Shown here piece by piece: positions 47,537-56,365 of a DNA stretch of 56,484 nucleotides. The position numbers and the translations under genes are program-made. Source of the DNA: Euryarchaeota archaeon UBA106 (GTDB taxonomy: Archaea; Thermoplasmatota; Poseidoniia; Poseidoniales; Thalassarchaeaceae); the NCBI GenBank assembly GCA_002502365.1, contig DAOJ01000081.1:562-57045 (forward strand), read 5' to 3'. Numbering within the stretch: the first letter of the stretch is position 1; each line of letters opens with the position of its first letter. The notes below the pieces were generated by a model. That model was not told where the DNA came from, made no database searches, and saw nothing but the letters and a program-made list of their open reading frames with translations.

Positions 47537-48805
47537 ATGAGTGCTACAACTGGGGACTTTGTCACACCAGGAAATCAAGTAGAAGTGCCATCAGGCACCG
47601 CAATTGGTTCCGGACTTTCAGAGACCGATGTTGGTGCAATTGCACTGGTCAGTGGGACGATAATTTCGGATGGGGAGATAATCTCGATAAAATCAAATCG
47701 TCCCAATACCAATTCTCCAGAAATTGGAGATGAGGTTATCGCAGAAGTTGTCAAATTAATGCCTAAAGTGGCAATGATTCGTATTTTACACACTGAAAAA
47801 GAAGGTGGACACAGAGACTTGATTGCTGACGATTTATTCGCGGATATCTTCGTTACTGAAATTGTCGATAGATTCCTACCTTCACCAGGGGATGCAATGC
47901 GAACTAGGGATTTGATTCGAGCTAGAATAACACAATTGGAACCTAACTTGAAAGCGAGTACACGCGGCTCCCCTGAATTAGGAGTCTTATGGGCAATTTG
48001 TCCCGCTTGTGGAAATGAATTGACAACATCTGGGAAGAAACAAGATTTCAATGTGACATGTAATAGATGCGATTATTCTGGATACAGAGCATTATCCAAT
48101 GGTTTTGGCCACGGTCATACTCTCGGTGAGGATATACAGGATTTGAATAGGGCAGGGGAAAGATGGTCTGCGGAAGCTGAAGGCAATCTTGGTCATGAAG
48201 GTGCTAGACCGTATCTTTCTCCTATGGCTGACCATCGTCGTGGGCCTAACCACAAGGCTTCACCCGCAGCAGTGAGGATGCGTTCTGCAATTACCGGAAA
48301 AGGAGGCTCAGGCGGCCGTCAACGCATCAAGCATGAGTGTAAGTGTACACTTTGTGGAACCGATACTACAGTTCCATTTGAGCCCACACCAGGTAAGCCA
48401 ATCCGATGCAAGGATTGCATGGATAAGGTGAATGACGGTAAGGCAACCAAGGAAGAACTCGCAGCAGAAAGAGAAGTTCTTACCAAAGCTCGTTCACAGG
48501 CAGCAGAGGCAGCGGGAATCAAACTCTTTGTTGCAAGACTTTCCTTTGATGCGAGTGAGGAAGACGTCAGGAATCTATTTTCCACCCACGGGGAAATAAC
48601 AGAATGCAGCATTGCAAAGGACAGAGACACAGGAAAGTCTCGAGGATTTGCTTTCGTTAAATTTGCTAGTCGGAAAGCCGGTGAAAAGGCGATCAAGGAA
48701 CTTGATGGAGCCGAAATTCATGGAAGAAAAATTAGCGTTCAAGAATCTAATGATGGCGGCGATCGACGCCGTGGAAAAGGAAATCGAAATCGCAATCGCC
48801 GATAG
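47537..48805 (+). CDS. csl4: Exosome cap subunit Csl4 fused to a CxxC-x17-CxxC zinc knuckle, an RRM domain and an RG-rich tail
   Basis: N-terminus FVTPGNQV...; S1-like core IGDEVIAEVVKLMPKVAMIRIL...FADIFVTEI...GDAMRTRDLIRARI; Zn ribbon LGVLWAICPACGNEL...VTCNRCDYSG. Then CKCTLCGTDTTVPFEPTPGKPIRCKDC (48338-48430). RRM at 48518-48750 with RNP-2 LFVARL and RNP-1 RGFAFVKF. Tail GGDRRRGKGNRNRNRR. Confidence 0.8.
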   Translation: MSATTGDFVTPGNQVEVPSGTAIGSGLSETDVGAIALVSGTIISDGEIISIKSNRPNTNSPEIGDEVIAEVVKLMPKVAMIRILHTEKEGGHRDLIADDLFADIFVTEIVDRFLPSPGDAMRTRDLIRARITQLEPNLKASTRGSPELGVLWAICPACGNELTTSGKKQDFNVTCNRCDYSGYRALSNGFGHGHTLGEDIQDLNRAGERWSAEAEGNLGHEGARPYLSPMADHRRGPNHKASPAAVRMRSAITGKGGSGGRQRIKHECKCTLCGTDTTVPFEPTPGKPIRCKDCMDKVNDGKATKEELAAEREVLTKARSQAAEAAGIKLFVARLSFDASEEDVRNLFSTHGEITECSIAKDRDTGKSRGFAFVKFASRKAGEKAIKELDGAEIHGRKISVQESNDGGDRRRGKGNRNRNRR

Positions 48806-48831
48806 AGGATAATTTCCCAATATATCGACTC

Positions 48832-50667
48832 TTGACTAGCGAAGTCGTGAAGACCAAACAGCAATTCGAACACTCGAGGGTTTGGATGGAAGGCTGGTTG
48901 GTCCTTGATGGATATGAGGATGAGCCCGCTGCTTTTGGGGTTCCAAATTATCTTGGATTCCATATCAGATATATCTGTGGAGTGCTTGAATCCAGAGGGT
49001 TAGAATACACATATATGACAATTGATGAGTGGAGGCTGCAACATAAACAAAAACTGACCAATTCCTCGGATAGAGAAATACTGAAAAAACAACTCTCCGA
49101 ACTTGACGGTGCTGTAGTTTTAGCAGGTGCAATAGTACCTGGTAAGTACGTTCGCGGAACTCCTATTTCACGTAGAGAATTGGATGAATTTCTTTCGATA
49201 TTTCCAAGTGAGCAACCAGTTCTCACAGGTGGCTGGGCAATTCGTCATTGGCGTTATGATGGCTGGATGCCCCTGCGAACTGAATTATTTTGCGCAGTTC
49301 AGGATACAGATGCCACCTTGGACTATTTCCTAAGCACAGGGGAGTGGTCTCACAAGCGAAGAACAAGTGACCAGTGGAATACTTGGGCGAAAGCAGGAGC
49401 CGAAGGAAAATGTGTCACAAATCATCCCGATTTAATCACCGAAGATGGTCGTCCTGGACCCCTCACTTATGAGGTTGAACTGTATCAAGGCTGTGTGAGG
49501 TACAAACGGGGTTGCAAATTCTGTATTGAGCCAAAGAAAGGAATTCCTATTTTTAGGGACGAAAATGATGTAATTACTGAAATTACCACGGCTCTGGACA
49601 ATGGAGTAAATCACGTCAGAATCGGAGGCGCCACTGACATCTATACCTACAAGGCCGAAGGTGTTGTAGAATTAGAATACCCAATCCCTGATCCAGAACC
49701 GATTGCCAAAGTGCTACATGGATTAAGGGAAGATGAAAGATTGGACATACTGCATGTCGATAATGCAAATCCTTCGATTATTGCCGAGAATTTAGAACCC
49801 GCATCTGAAATAACTAGAACTTTGGTTTCTACTTTATCTGATGGAGCAGTACTCTCATTTGGACTCGAATCGGCTGACCCGCTGGTTCATCAGGAAAATT
49901 GGCTTAATTGCAATTCGGCACAACTCAAGATTGCTATTCGTCACATCAATGAATATGGTAGAGAACGTGGTCGACGAGGACTGCCGAAATTATTGCCAGG
50001 GCTCAATTTCATTGCCGGCTTAAATGGAGAAACAGAGAGCTCCTATGGGATCAATATGCAATTACTTGATAGCCTTCGATCAGAAGGTCTATGGCTCCGC
50101 CGAATAAACATCAGACAGGTCGAAGGATTAGGGTTCCAAGAAATCCCTCAAGATACATTTCAAGAATTCAAGAATAGTGTGCGAGAGGAAATTGACAAAC
50201 CACTGTTAAAAGAAATGTTTCCAATCGGAACTGAACTCAAAGGAGTCTGGTGGGAAGCCCATGATGATCGAATCAGAAGACCTGAACAGGTTTTGCAAAA
50301 AATCCACAGAGATGCTTCGATTTATGGCAGTTCAGGAATTACTTTTGGCAGACAGATTGGTGCCTATCCAATATTGGTAGGTACACCATATCAAATCCCT
50401 CTAGAAACAAAATCTGACATCATAGTAACAGGGCATGGAATGAGAAGCATAAGTGGAGTTGAATCCGGATTATCGATTAACACCGCCACTCAATCTCAGC
50501 TTGAAGCAATACCTGGAATCGGTAGCAAAGCAGCATGGCGTATTGTCTCAAATCGGGCAAAGTCATCTAGAAATTCTCATGAGCCTGCTTTCTCAGACGT
50601 AGAAGAGGCATTAACAGAAGTTGGAGTACAGTCCTACGGACTGGCCTCAAAGGTCCTGAAGCTATGA
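48832..50667 (+). CDS. Radical SAM enzyme with C-terminal helix-hairpin-helix (COG1031-like)
   Basis: The track ORF starts at a TTG at 48832; the ATG at 48886 (MEGWLVLDGYEDEPAAFGVPNY) is likelier. Cys triad GCVRYKRGCKFC. C-terminal HhH QLEAIPGIGSKAAWRIV. The stop overlaps the next gene (ATGA). Confidence 0.75.
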   Translation: MTSEVVKTKQQFEHSRVWMEGWLVLDGYEDEPAAFGVPNYLGFHIRYICGVLESRGLEYTYMTIDEWRLQHKQKLTNSSDREILKKQLSELDGAVVLAGAIVPGKYVRGTPISRRELDEFLSIFPSEQPVLTGGWAIRHWRYDGWMPLRTELFCAVQDTDATLDYFLSTGEWSHKRRTSDQWNTWAKAGAEGKCVTNHPDLITEDGRPGPLTYEVELYQGCVRYKRGCKFCIEPKKGIPIFRDENDVITEITTALDNGVNHVRIGGATDIYTYKAEGVVELEYPIPDPEPIAKVLHGLREDERLDILHVDNANPSIIAENLEPASEITRTLVSTLSDGAVLSFGLESADPLVHQENWLNCNSAQLKIAIRHINEYGRERGRRGLPKLLPGLNFIAGLNGETESSYGINMQLLDSLRSEGLWLRRINIRQVEGLGFQEIPQDTFQEFKNSVREEIDKPLLKEMFPIGTELKGVWWEAHDDRIRRPEQVLQKIHRDASIYGSSGITFGRQIGAYPILVGTPYQIPLETKSDIIVTGHGMRSISGVESGLSINTATQSQLEAIPGIGSKAAWRIVSNRAKSSRNSHEPAFSDVEEALTEVGVQSYGLASKVLKL

Positions 50668-53600
50668 TGCAACCCGTTCAGGCAGAGGTAATAGTCATAA
50701 TCTCTGCAAGTACGCCGAGACATATGCAGAATACTGAATCGAAGAGAATCATTGCTCTGGGGGTTTGCTTTTTATTTCTGGCCGTACCAATATGGGGTTT
50801 TCTTTCTGATACAGATACAGAAATTGTAGATTTGAGTGAAACTAAGGAACAACACTTCACGAATACCGGTTCTTCGTCAATTAACATCAATGGTTCAGAA
50901 GCGAGTTCAATTTTTTCAAATTCAGTATTGGATGTGACAAATACCGGCCCATTGGTTATTCTCAATAATGGAACTTCAGTGAAATGGTCAGAAGGAAATC
51001 CAATCTACACTGAGGGTTCGTTAATTTCAACCTCAGGTAGGTGTTCCATATTGTCAAATTATTCAGTTTTCTGTTCCGGCTCAAATAATTACGGACAGCT
51101 TGGTTTGGGAAATAATGGCATAACAGAAGGATATGTTTCTTTAACCCAAGAAGCAATTGTTGTGGATGAAGGAAAAGACCACACCTGCGCCATATTAATT
51201 GACGCTAGCCTTTGGTGCTGGGGTCGAAATCATGAAGGGCAAATCGGAGACAATACTACTGTAAATCGAGCCTCGCCGGTGCAGATTGACCTTGGGTCCG
51301 GAATTGATGCAGTTGCAGTTTCAGCAGGTGATGACTACACTTGTGCATTAACCCACACAGGAGATGTCATGTGTTGGGGGCTGAATGTAAGAGGGCAACT
51401 TGGAGATGGAACCACCAATAATTCACTCGTTCCCACCTTATCTAATCACTCCACAAACCTTCGAGCAGTATCCCTTATCACAGCAGGAAGAACCACTTGT
51501 GTTTTATTCCAAAACGGTTCTGTTGGCTGTTGGGGAAGTAAATTTACTGTTTTCTCAGATAATGGCCCTGTAACTTCTAATCTTCACCTAATAAATCTTG
51601 GAGATAATGTGACTGCAAATATGATTGATGGTGTTGGTGACCATACCTGTGTCGTCACCAACAATGGATCAATGCAATGTTGGGGGATAAATACCAATGG
51701 ACAGCTAGGGGATGGAACCTGTTCCTCTACCATAGAAACTAATTGTACAGCGGAGAACATTTTTCCCGGAGAAGGAAATTCTCCAGTTAATGTTAATTTT
51801 AGTGCTGGATTAACTGTTATTTCAGCGGCTACTGGCCCCCACTCAACCTGTGTCTTAATGTCTGATGATTCCTTGCAATGCTGGGGCGCTCAATCGGGTG
51901 AATTTGATAATACAACAAAATCAAAAATCAACCCCTACCAATTGTTATTTACAGATGGCACCAATGTCGCTTACTCAGATCAAGATTTAGATGGGGACGG
52001 TATTCGCAATATCTTCGATACCCATCAGTCTGGAGATACAGATGGTGATGGCACTCTAGATTCTGATGATAGCGACCCTAACAATCCGGCTAGGTGGTTA
52101 GATTGCTCCGAGGGAAAATTTGGAAGGCTTGCGTGTAATGATACAGATCCAGGCCATTACTCTACTGGAGGCTTAATTCAAATTGAATGCGAGCCAGGAA
52201 CTTTCCAACCATTTATTGCTCAATCGAACTGTTTTGATTCCTCTGCGGGCTATTATGTTGATTTATTTGCCTCAGTATCACAAACTCCCTGCGAAAGTGG
52301 ACATTACAATATGGAACTAGGTCAATCATCCTGTATTGCCTCTGCCCCAGGTTCCTATGTTAGTCCAAATATGGGTGATGCTGGCGATACGAGCGATACA
52401 GCAGTACCATTGTCTTTGATGAGTGCTAATTACACGGGTAATTTCGAAGGTAATTCGGACAGTACCGACGTATTTTTCCTAAATTTATCAAGGAATAATT
52501 GGTTCATAGCAAATCTAACTTCTCCAGCTGGAAAAAACTTTGATATCGAATTATTGAATACATCATTCCATGTGATTGACTTTTCCAATACAAGTAACAC
52601 TCATGATGAGGTCTCGACAATTTCTTCAAACAATTCGACAGGAATATACTTTATTCGGATAACATATTCCTCTGGATTCAACGGCTCAGACGATTACAAT
52701 TTAGTTATTGAAGTGAAATCTACAGATGAAAACTCAACATCAATAGGTTCTACATCTATTCACGTTAACGCCGAGCAGGCACTTTATTCCACACCCTGTG
52801 CTCCAGGTTCCTGGCAAGATCAGGAAGCTTCATCCTCCTGTAACCAAGCCTCACCAGGGCATTATGTATACGGCTCTGGAGCAACTTCTCAGAATCAATG
52901 TGCTGCTGGTTATTTCCAAACTAATTCTGGACAAACCGGTTGTACGATTGCCTCTTTAGGTTTTTACGTGCCTCAAGCGGGTTCTACAAATCAAATTGCC
53001 GCTGGTGTAGGGCATTATGTTAATTCAACAGGTTCATCCGGACAAACCTCCTGTTCAATAGGAACTTATCAACCATCATCTGCCCAAACAACATGTTTTG
53101 CGGCAAACCCTGGGTATTATGTTCCTACAACTGGCCAGGCGAATCAAACAATTTGTAGCGTAGGGACTTATCAGCCTGATTCAGGTCAAAGGATTTGTTT
53201 GGAAGCAGATGCTGGACATTATGTTCCAATTCAAGGTGCAACGAATCAAACCCAATGCTATCTGGGAACCTTCCAGCCCTATGGTGGACAGTGGTCGTGC
53301 ACGGATGCTGCCCCGGGACACTTTGTTGCCACGAATGCTTCAATTTCTCAGACTGCATGTTCACAAGGAGAATATCAACCATTAAGTGGTCAGACTAGTT
53401 GTCTTCAAACATCTTCTGGGTATTATACAAATATACCCGGTTCAGCAAATCAACAACCATGTCTTCCAGGTTACTATCAGCCTCTAACCGGTCAATCAGG
53501 TTGTAATGGGGCTGAACCTGGTTTTTACGTTGAAAACCAAGCCTCAATTTCTCAAACAGCATGCTTAGCTGGTTCATATAATCCATTTGCTCTTGCTACT

Positions 53601-55826
53601 CAAGCCAGCGATTGTATGCTCGCAGATTTCGGTCATTTTGTTCCTTTACCCGGGTCTATTGGACAAATAGAATGCAATCCAGGTAATTTTTCTGCAAATT
53701 TAGGACAAATTACGTGCGACTCAGCCGAGCCTGGTTATTTCGTCCCAAGCTCAGGGGCAGACGCCCAAATACCATGTTCTATTGGTACATGGCAAGGTAG
53801 TTATGGTGCAACCAGTTGTGATTTTTCTTCACCTGGATTTTACGTAGACACTACAGCGGCTTCGCTCCAAACTGCCTGCAATGCTGGAACCTTCAACCAA
53901 AATAGTGGTTCGAACAACTCTGCAGACTGTCTTACAGCAGACCCTGGAAACTATGTACCTAACCCAGGATCCTCGGAACAAATTTTGTGTACTGCAGGAA
54001 CCTATCAACCTGCACCCGGACAATCTAACTGTATAACTGCTGATTTTGGATATCATGTTCCAGCCGAAGGAGCAACAGGCCAGATTGGCTGCTTAATGGG
54101 CTCTTATCAAGCAAATCGAGGAGGCACTGATTGCGTTCTTGCTGAACCAGGTTACTATGTTGACTCTCATTTTGCCTCATCACAAACTGCTTGTTTAGCG
54201 GGAACTTACCTTCCATCAAGTGGTTCAACTTCCTCAAACGATTGCATAGATGCAGATCGAGGATACTTTGTTGCAGAAAATGGTGCTGACTCACAAGAGG
54301 CATGTAATATTGGCACTTACCAACCAAATGAAGGAAGCTCAATTTGTTTAATTGCGGAACCTGGACATTACGTAGACACACAAGCCTCCTCTACTCAAAC
54401 AGCTTGTGAGGCAGGAACATTCAATTCTGATTCAGGTTCCAATAATCAGTTCGCTTGTTTAGATTCAGAATTGGGTTATTATGTTCCTGAATCTGGATCT
54501 GTAAATCAAATTGAATGTGAAGTAGGTAGTTACCAAAATCTCAAGAAACAGACCGAATGTAAATTTGCTAGCCTAGGATTTTTCGTAAATTCCACCGCAG
54601 CGAAATCGCAAATACCCGCGCCAATTAATTTCTACATAGACACCGAAGGTGCTACAGAACCACTACCTTGTCCACAAGGAACAATCACATTGGTCGAGGG
54701 CGCGGATAATGTTGAAGATTGCCGAGAGGATTATGACGGAGACAATTTACCGAATTTTTTGGATGATGATGATGATAATGATGGGGTACTTGACTACACT
54801 GATTTATGCGATTATGGACTAATGAATTGGATTAGTACAAGATCTAACGATTGGGATCAAGATGGCTGCGAGGATAGTGCAGAAGATAGCGATGACGATA
54901 ATGACGGTTTTTCCGATGCAGAAGATCATCTCCCCCTAGACCCAACAGAATGGTTGGACACTGATAGCGATGGAATCGGAGATAATGCTGATACAGATGA
55001 TGATGGCGATGGAATTCCCGACCTTCAAGAAAGTAAGATTGGATTGGACCCACTTATTCCTGATTTCGATGGGGATGGTACATGTGATGGCCCAAATAAT
55101 GTTACCGGAGTTTGTACGGCAGGCCCCGATGCCTTCCCATTCAACCCCGACGAGCAGAAGGACACTGACGGAGATGGAACCGGTGACAATTCAGATGATT
55201 TCCCTACGTTGAAGTTTTACCAAAATTATGGTCAAGCAGCAGTTCACCTGTTTATCGGTTTAATTATTCTTGGAGTAATCGGATTTAGCGTACGAATGGG
55301 TATTGGTAGTCGACAGGAGAAATCTGAGGCAGATGATAGCACTCATGAGGTTCGACAGATAGGTGGAGTGGAAGTTAGAGTATCGGCAGAGGACCGTATG
55401 TTTTCTGAAAATACCCAAGCCCAAGTCGAAAGTGAGCCTACACCTCAAACAGAAGAGCCCTCCTCCCCTACAATGTTCGACTTACAAGTAGCAGAACAGA
55501 CAGTTACAGAATCAATGGATGAACCGATTACTGAACAAGTTGGAATGGATTTGACTCATGAAGCTGAGGTGCAGGAAGAGGCACTTACGGAATCTCAAGA
55601 CACCTCACAACCAACTGAAGTCTTCGATGAGTTAGACCTTGAGAGTCTTCTAGCAGCTACACCGCCTCCGGTTCCGAAAATAGAAGCACCCCCTGATGCT
55701 CAAGTCAATGAACACGGGCAGAAAGTTTGGAGGGATGACAATGGGGATGTTTGGGTACAGAACCCAGATGGAAGTCTACTCAAGCACAACGTCTTGACAG
55801 GTACTTGGGAACCTTACGAACAGTGA
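50664..55826 (+). CDS. Giant surface protein: N-terminal anchor, RCC1-repeat propeller, TSP3-like Ca repeats, ephrin-receptor-like Cys repeats, PPC domain, second TSP3 block, TM anchor, acidic cytoplasmic tail
   Basis: RCC1 motifs NNYGQLGLGN, HTCAIL..SLWCWGRNHEGQIGD, VMCWGLNVRGQLGDG and MQCWGINTNGQLGDG (about nt 51021-51893). DLDGDGIRNIFD / DTDGDGTLDSDDSDPNN. PPC-like DSTDVFFLNL...GIYFIRITYS...DDYNLVIEV (52373-52718). TM LFIGLIILGVIGFSV. Confidence 0.85.
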   Translation: MMQPVQAEVIVIISASTPRHMQNTESKRIIALGVCFLFLAVPIWGFLSDTDTEIVDLSETKEQHFTNTGSSSININGSEASSIFSNSVLDVTNTGPLVILNNGTSVKWSEGNPIYTEGSLISTSGRCSILSNYSVFCSGSNNYGQLGLGNNGITEGYVSLTQEAIVVDEGKDHTCAILIDASLWCWGRNHEGQIGDNTTVNRASPVQIDLGSGIDAVAVSAGDDYTCALTHTGDVMCWGLNVRGQLGDGTTNNSLVPTLSNHSTNLRAVSLITAGRTTCVLFQNGSVGCWGSKFTVFSDNGPVTSNLHLINLGDNVTANMIDGVGDHTCVVTNNGSMQCWGINTNGQLGDGTCSSTIETNCTAENIFPGEGNSPVNVNFSAGLTVISAATGPHSTCVLMSDDSLQCWGAQSGEFDNTTKSKINPYQLLFTDGTNVAYSDQDLDGDGIRNIFDTHQSGDTDGDGTLDSDDSDPNNPARWLDCSEGKFGRLACNDTDPGHYSTGGLIQIECEPGTFQPFIAQSNCFDSSAGYYVDLFASVSQTPCESGHYNMELGQSSCIASAPGSYVSPNMGDAGDTSDTAVPLSLMSANYTGNFEGNSDSTDVFFLNLSRNNWFIANLTSPAGKNFDIELLNTSFHVIDFSNTSNTHDEVSTISSNNSTGIYFIRITYSSGFNGSDDYNLVIEVKSTDENSTSIGSTSIHVNAEQALYSTPCAPGSWQDQEASSSCNQASPGHYVYGSGATSQNQCAAGYFQTNSGQTGCTIASLGFYVPQAGSTNQIAAGVGHYVNSTGSSGQTSCSIGTYQPSSAQTTCFAANPGYYVPTTGQANQTICSVGTYQPDSGQRICLEADAGHYVPIQGATNQTQCYLGTFQPYGGQWSCTDAAPGHFVATNASISQTACSQGEYQPLSGQTSCLQTSSGYYTNIPGSANQQPCLPGYYQPLTGQSGCNGAEPGFYVENQASISQTACLAGSYNPFALATQASDCMLADFGHFVPLPGSIGQIECNPGNFSANLGQITCDSAEPGYFVPSSGADAQIPCSIGTWQGSYGATSCDFSSPGFYVDTTAASLQTACNAGTFNQNSGSNNSADCLTADPGNYVPNPGSSEQILCTAGTYQPAPGQSNCITADFGYHVPAEGATGQIGCLMGSYQANRGGTDCVLAEPGYYVDSHFASSQTACLAGTYLPSSGSTSSNDCIDADRGYFVAENGADSQEACNIGTYQPNEGSSICLIAEPGHYVDTQASSTQTACEAGTFNSDSGSNNQFACLDSELGYYVPESGSVNQIECEVGSYQNLKKQTECKFASLGFFVNSTAAKSQIPAPINFYIDTEGATEPLPCPQGTITLVEGADNVEDCREDYDGDNLPNFLDDDDDNDGVLDYTDLCDYGLMNWISTRSNDWDQDGCEDSAEDSDDDNDGFSDAEDHLPLDPTEWLDTDSDGIGDNADTDDDGDGIPDLQESKIGLDPLIPDFDGDGTCDGPNNVTGVCTAGPDAFPFNPDEQKDTDGDGTGDNSDDFPTLKFYQNYGQAAVHLFIGLIILGVIGFSVRMGIGSRQEKSEADDSTHEVRQIGGVEVRVSAEDRMFSENTQAQVESEPTPQTEEPSSPTMFDLQVAEQTVTESMDEPITEQVGMDLTHEAEVQEEALTESQDTSQPTEVFDELDLESLLAATPPPVPKIEAPPDAQVNEHGQKVWRDDNGDVWVQNPDGSLLKHNVLTGTWEPYEQ
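52797..54722 (+). repeat. About 18 tandem 32-36-aa Cys repeats (protein level), ephrin-receptor-like / GCC2_GCC3-like; 3 more copies at 52104-52364
   Basis: Recurring unit C-x2-G-x-[YFW]-Q-x5-8-C-x3-4-[PF]G-x-[YF]-V-x8-10-Q-x2, for example CSIGTYQPSSAQTTCFAANPGYYVPTTGQANQTI and CSVGTYQPDSGQRICLEADAGHYVPIQGATNQTQ. Confidence 0.7.
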
Positions 55827-55859
55827 CCTTGCATAATTTCGATGAAGCATTAGATTAGT

Positions 55860-55874
55860 CGCATTGATAATGCG
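55860..55874. promoter_or_regulatory. Palindrome upstream of sodN
   Basis: CGCATT-gat-AATGCG has 6-bp arms, and a further AATGCGG copy starts 7 nt downstream (55881). It lies 33-47 nt upstream of the ATG at 55907. Confidence 0.25.
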
Positions 55875-55906
55875 GCACCTAATGCGGTTGTTCGAAGGTG
55901 AGTCAA

Positions 55907-56365
55907 ATGACAGACAACGACAACGAATTTATCCAAACTATCGAAGCCAGCGCCCACTGCGACGGTCCTTGTGGAGTCTACGATCCTGCAAGTGCAAGAA
56001 TAGCCGCTGAGGCAGTTCAATCGATGACCAAAAAGATGGTGACACTTGCAGAAAACCATGGCTCAGACTGTGGAACTGCAAGCTACATCAACACAATGAG
56101 TCGCTACGCTACAATCAAGGAAGAAGAAGCCCAAAAGTGCAAGGACGAATTATTGGTACTTTGGACTGACTACTTCAAGCCTCAACATCTAGAATCAATC
56201 CCTGACCTACACGACACTTTCTGGCAGGCAGCAAAACTCTGCTCAGCATGTAAGGTAGAAGTCTCGGAGCAACATGCTCAGGAACTAATGGATGCAGTTG
56301 AAGCAATCCACCACATGTTCTGGGGAACCAAGGGCCGTGAAGACCCATGGATTCGCGCTTCCTAA
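55907..56365 (+). CDS. sodN: Nickel superoxide dismutase precursor
   Basis: The track ORF opens at a GTG at 55898; the ATG at 55907 follows GAAGGTGAG. The propeptide MTDNDNEFIQTIEASA is followed by HCDGPCGVYDPA (Ni-hook; canonical HCDLPCGVYDPA). 4-helix-bundle length. Confidence 0.9.
   Translation: MTDNDNEFIQTIEASAHCDGPCGVYDPASARIAAEAVQSMTKKMVTLAENHGSDCGTASYINTMSRYATIKEEEAQKCKDELLVLWTDYFKPQHLESIPDLHDTFWQAAKLCSACKVEVSEQHAQELMDAVEAIHHMFWGTKGREDPWIRAS

Noticed and set aside
47575-48696. Minus-strand ORFs 47575-48051 (158 aa) and 48319-48696 (125 aa).
   Set aside because: They are antisense to the Csl4-RRM gene, whose S1, Zn-ribbon and RNP motifs fix the coding strand.
52797-54722. Nucleotide-level tandem repeat or CRISPR-like array.
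   Set aside because: Periodicity exists only at the protein level (32-36-aa Cys units). The DNA copies are divergent, of variable length and in frame within one ORF.
55715-55826. WW-domain call for KVWRDDNGDVWVQNPDGSLLKHNVLTGTWEPY at the C-terminus of the 1720-aa protein.
   Set aside because: The two bracketing Trp residues are 25 residues apart (WW domains have about 20-22). The terminal motif is W-x-P rather than W-x-x-P. It is reported only as WW-like within the tail-motif finding.
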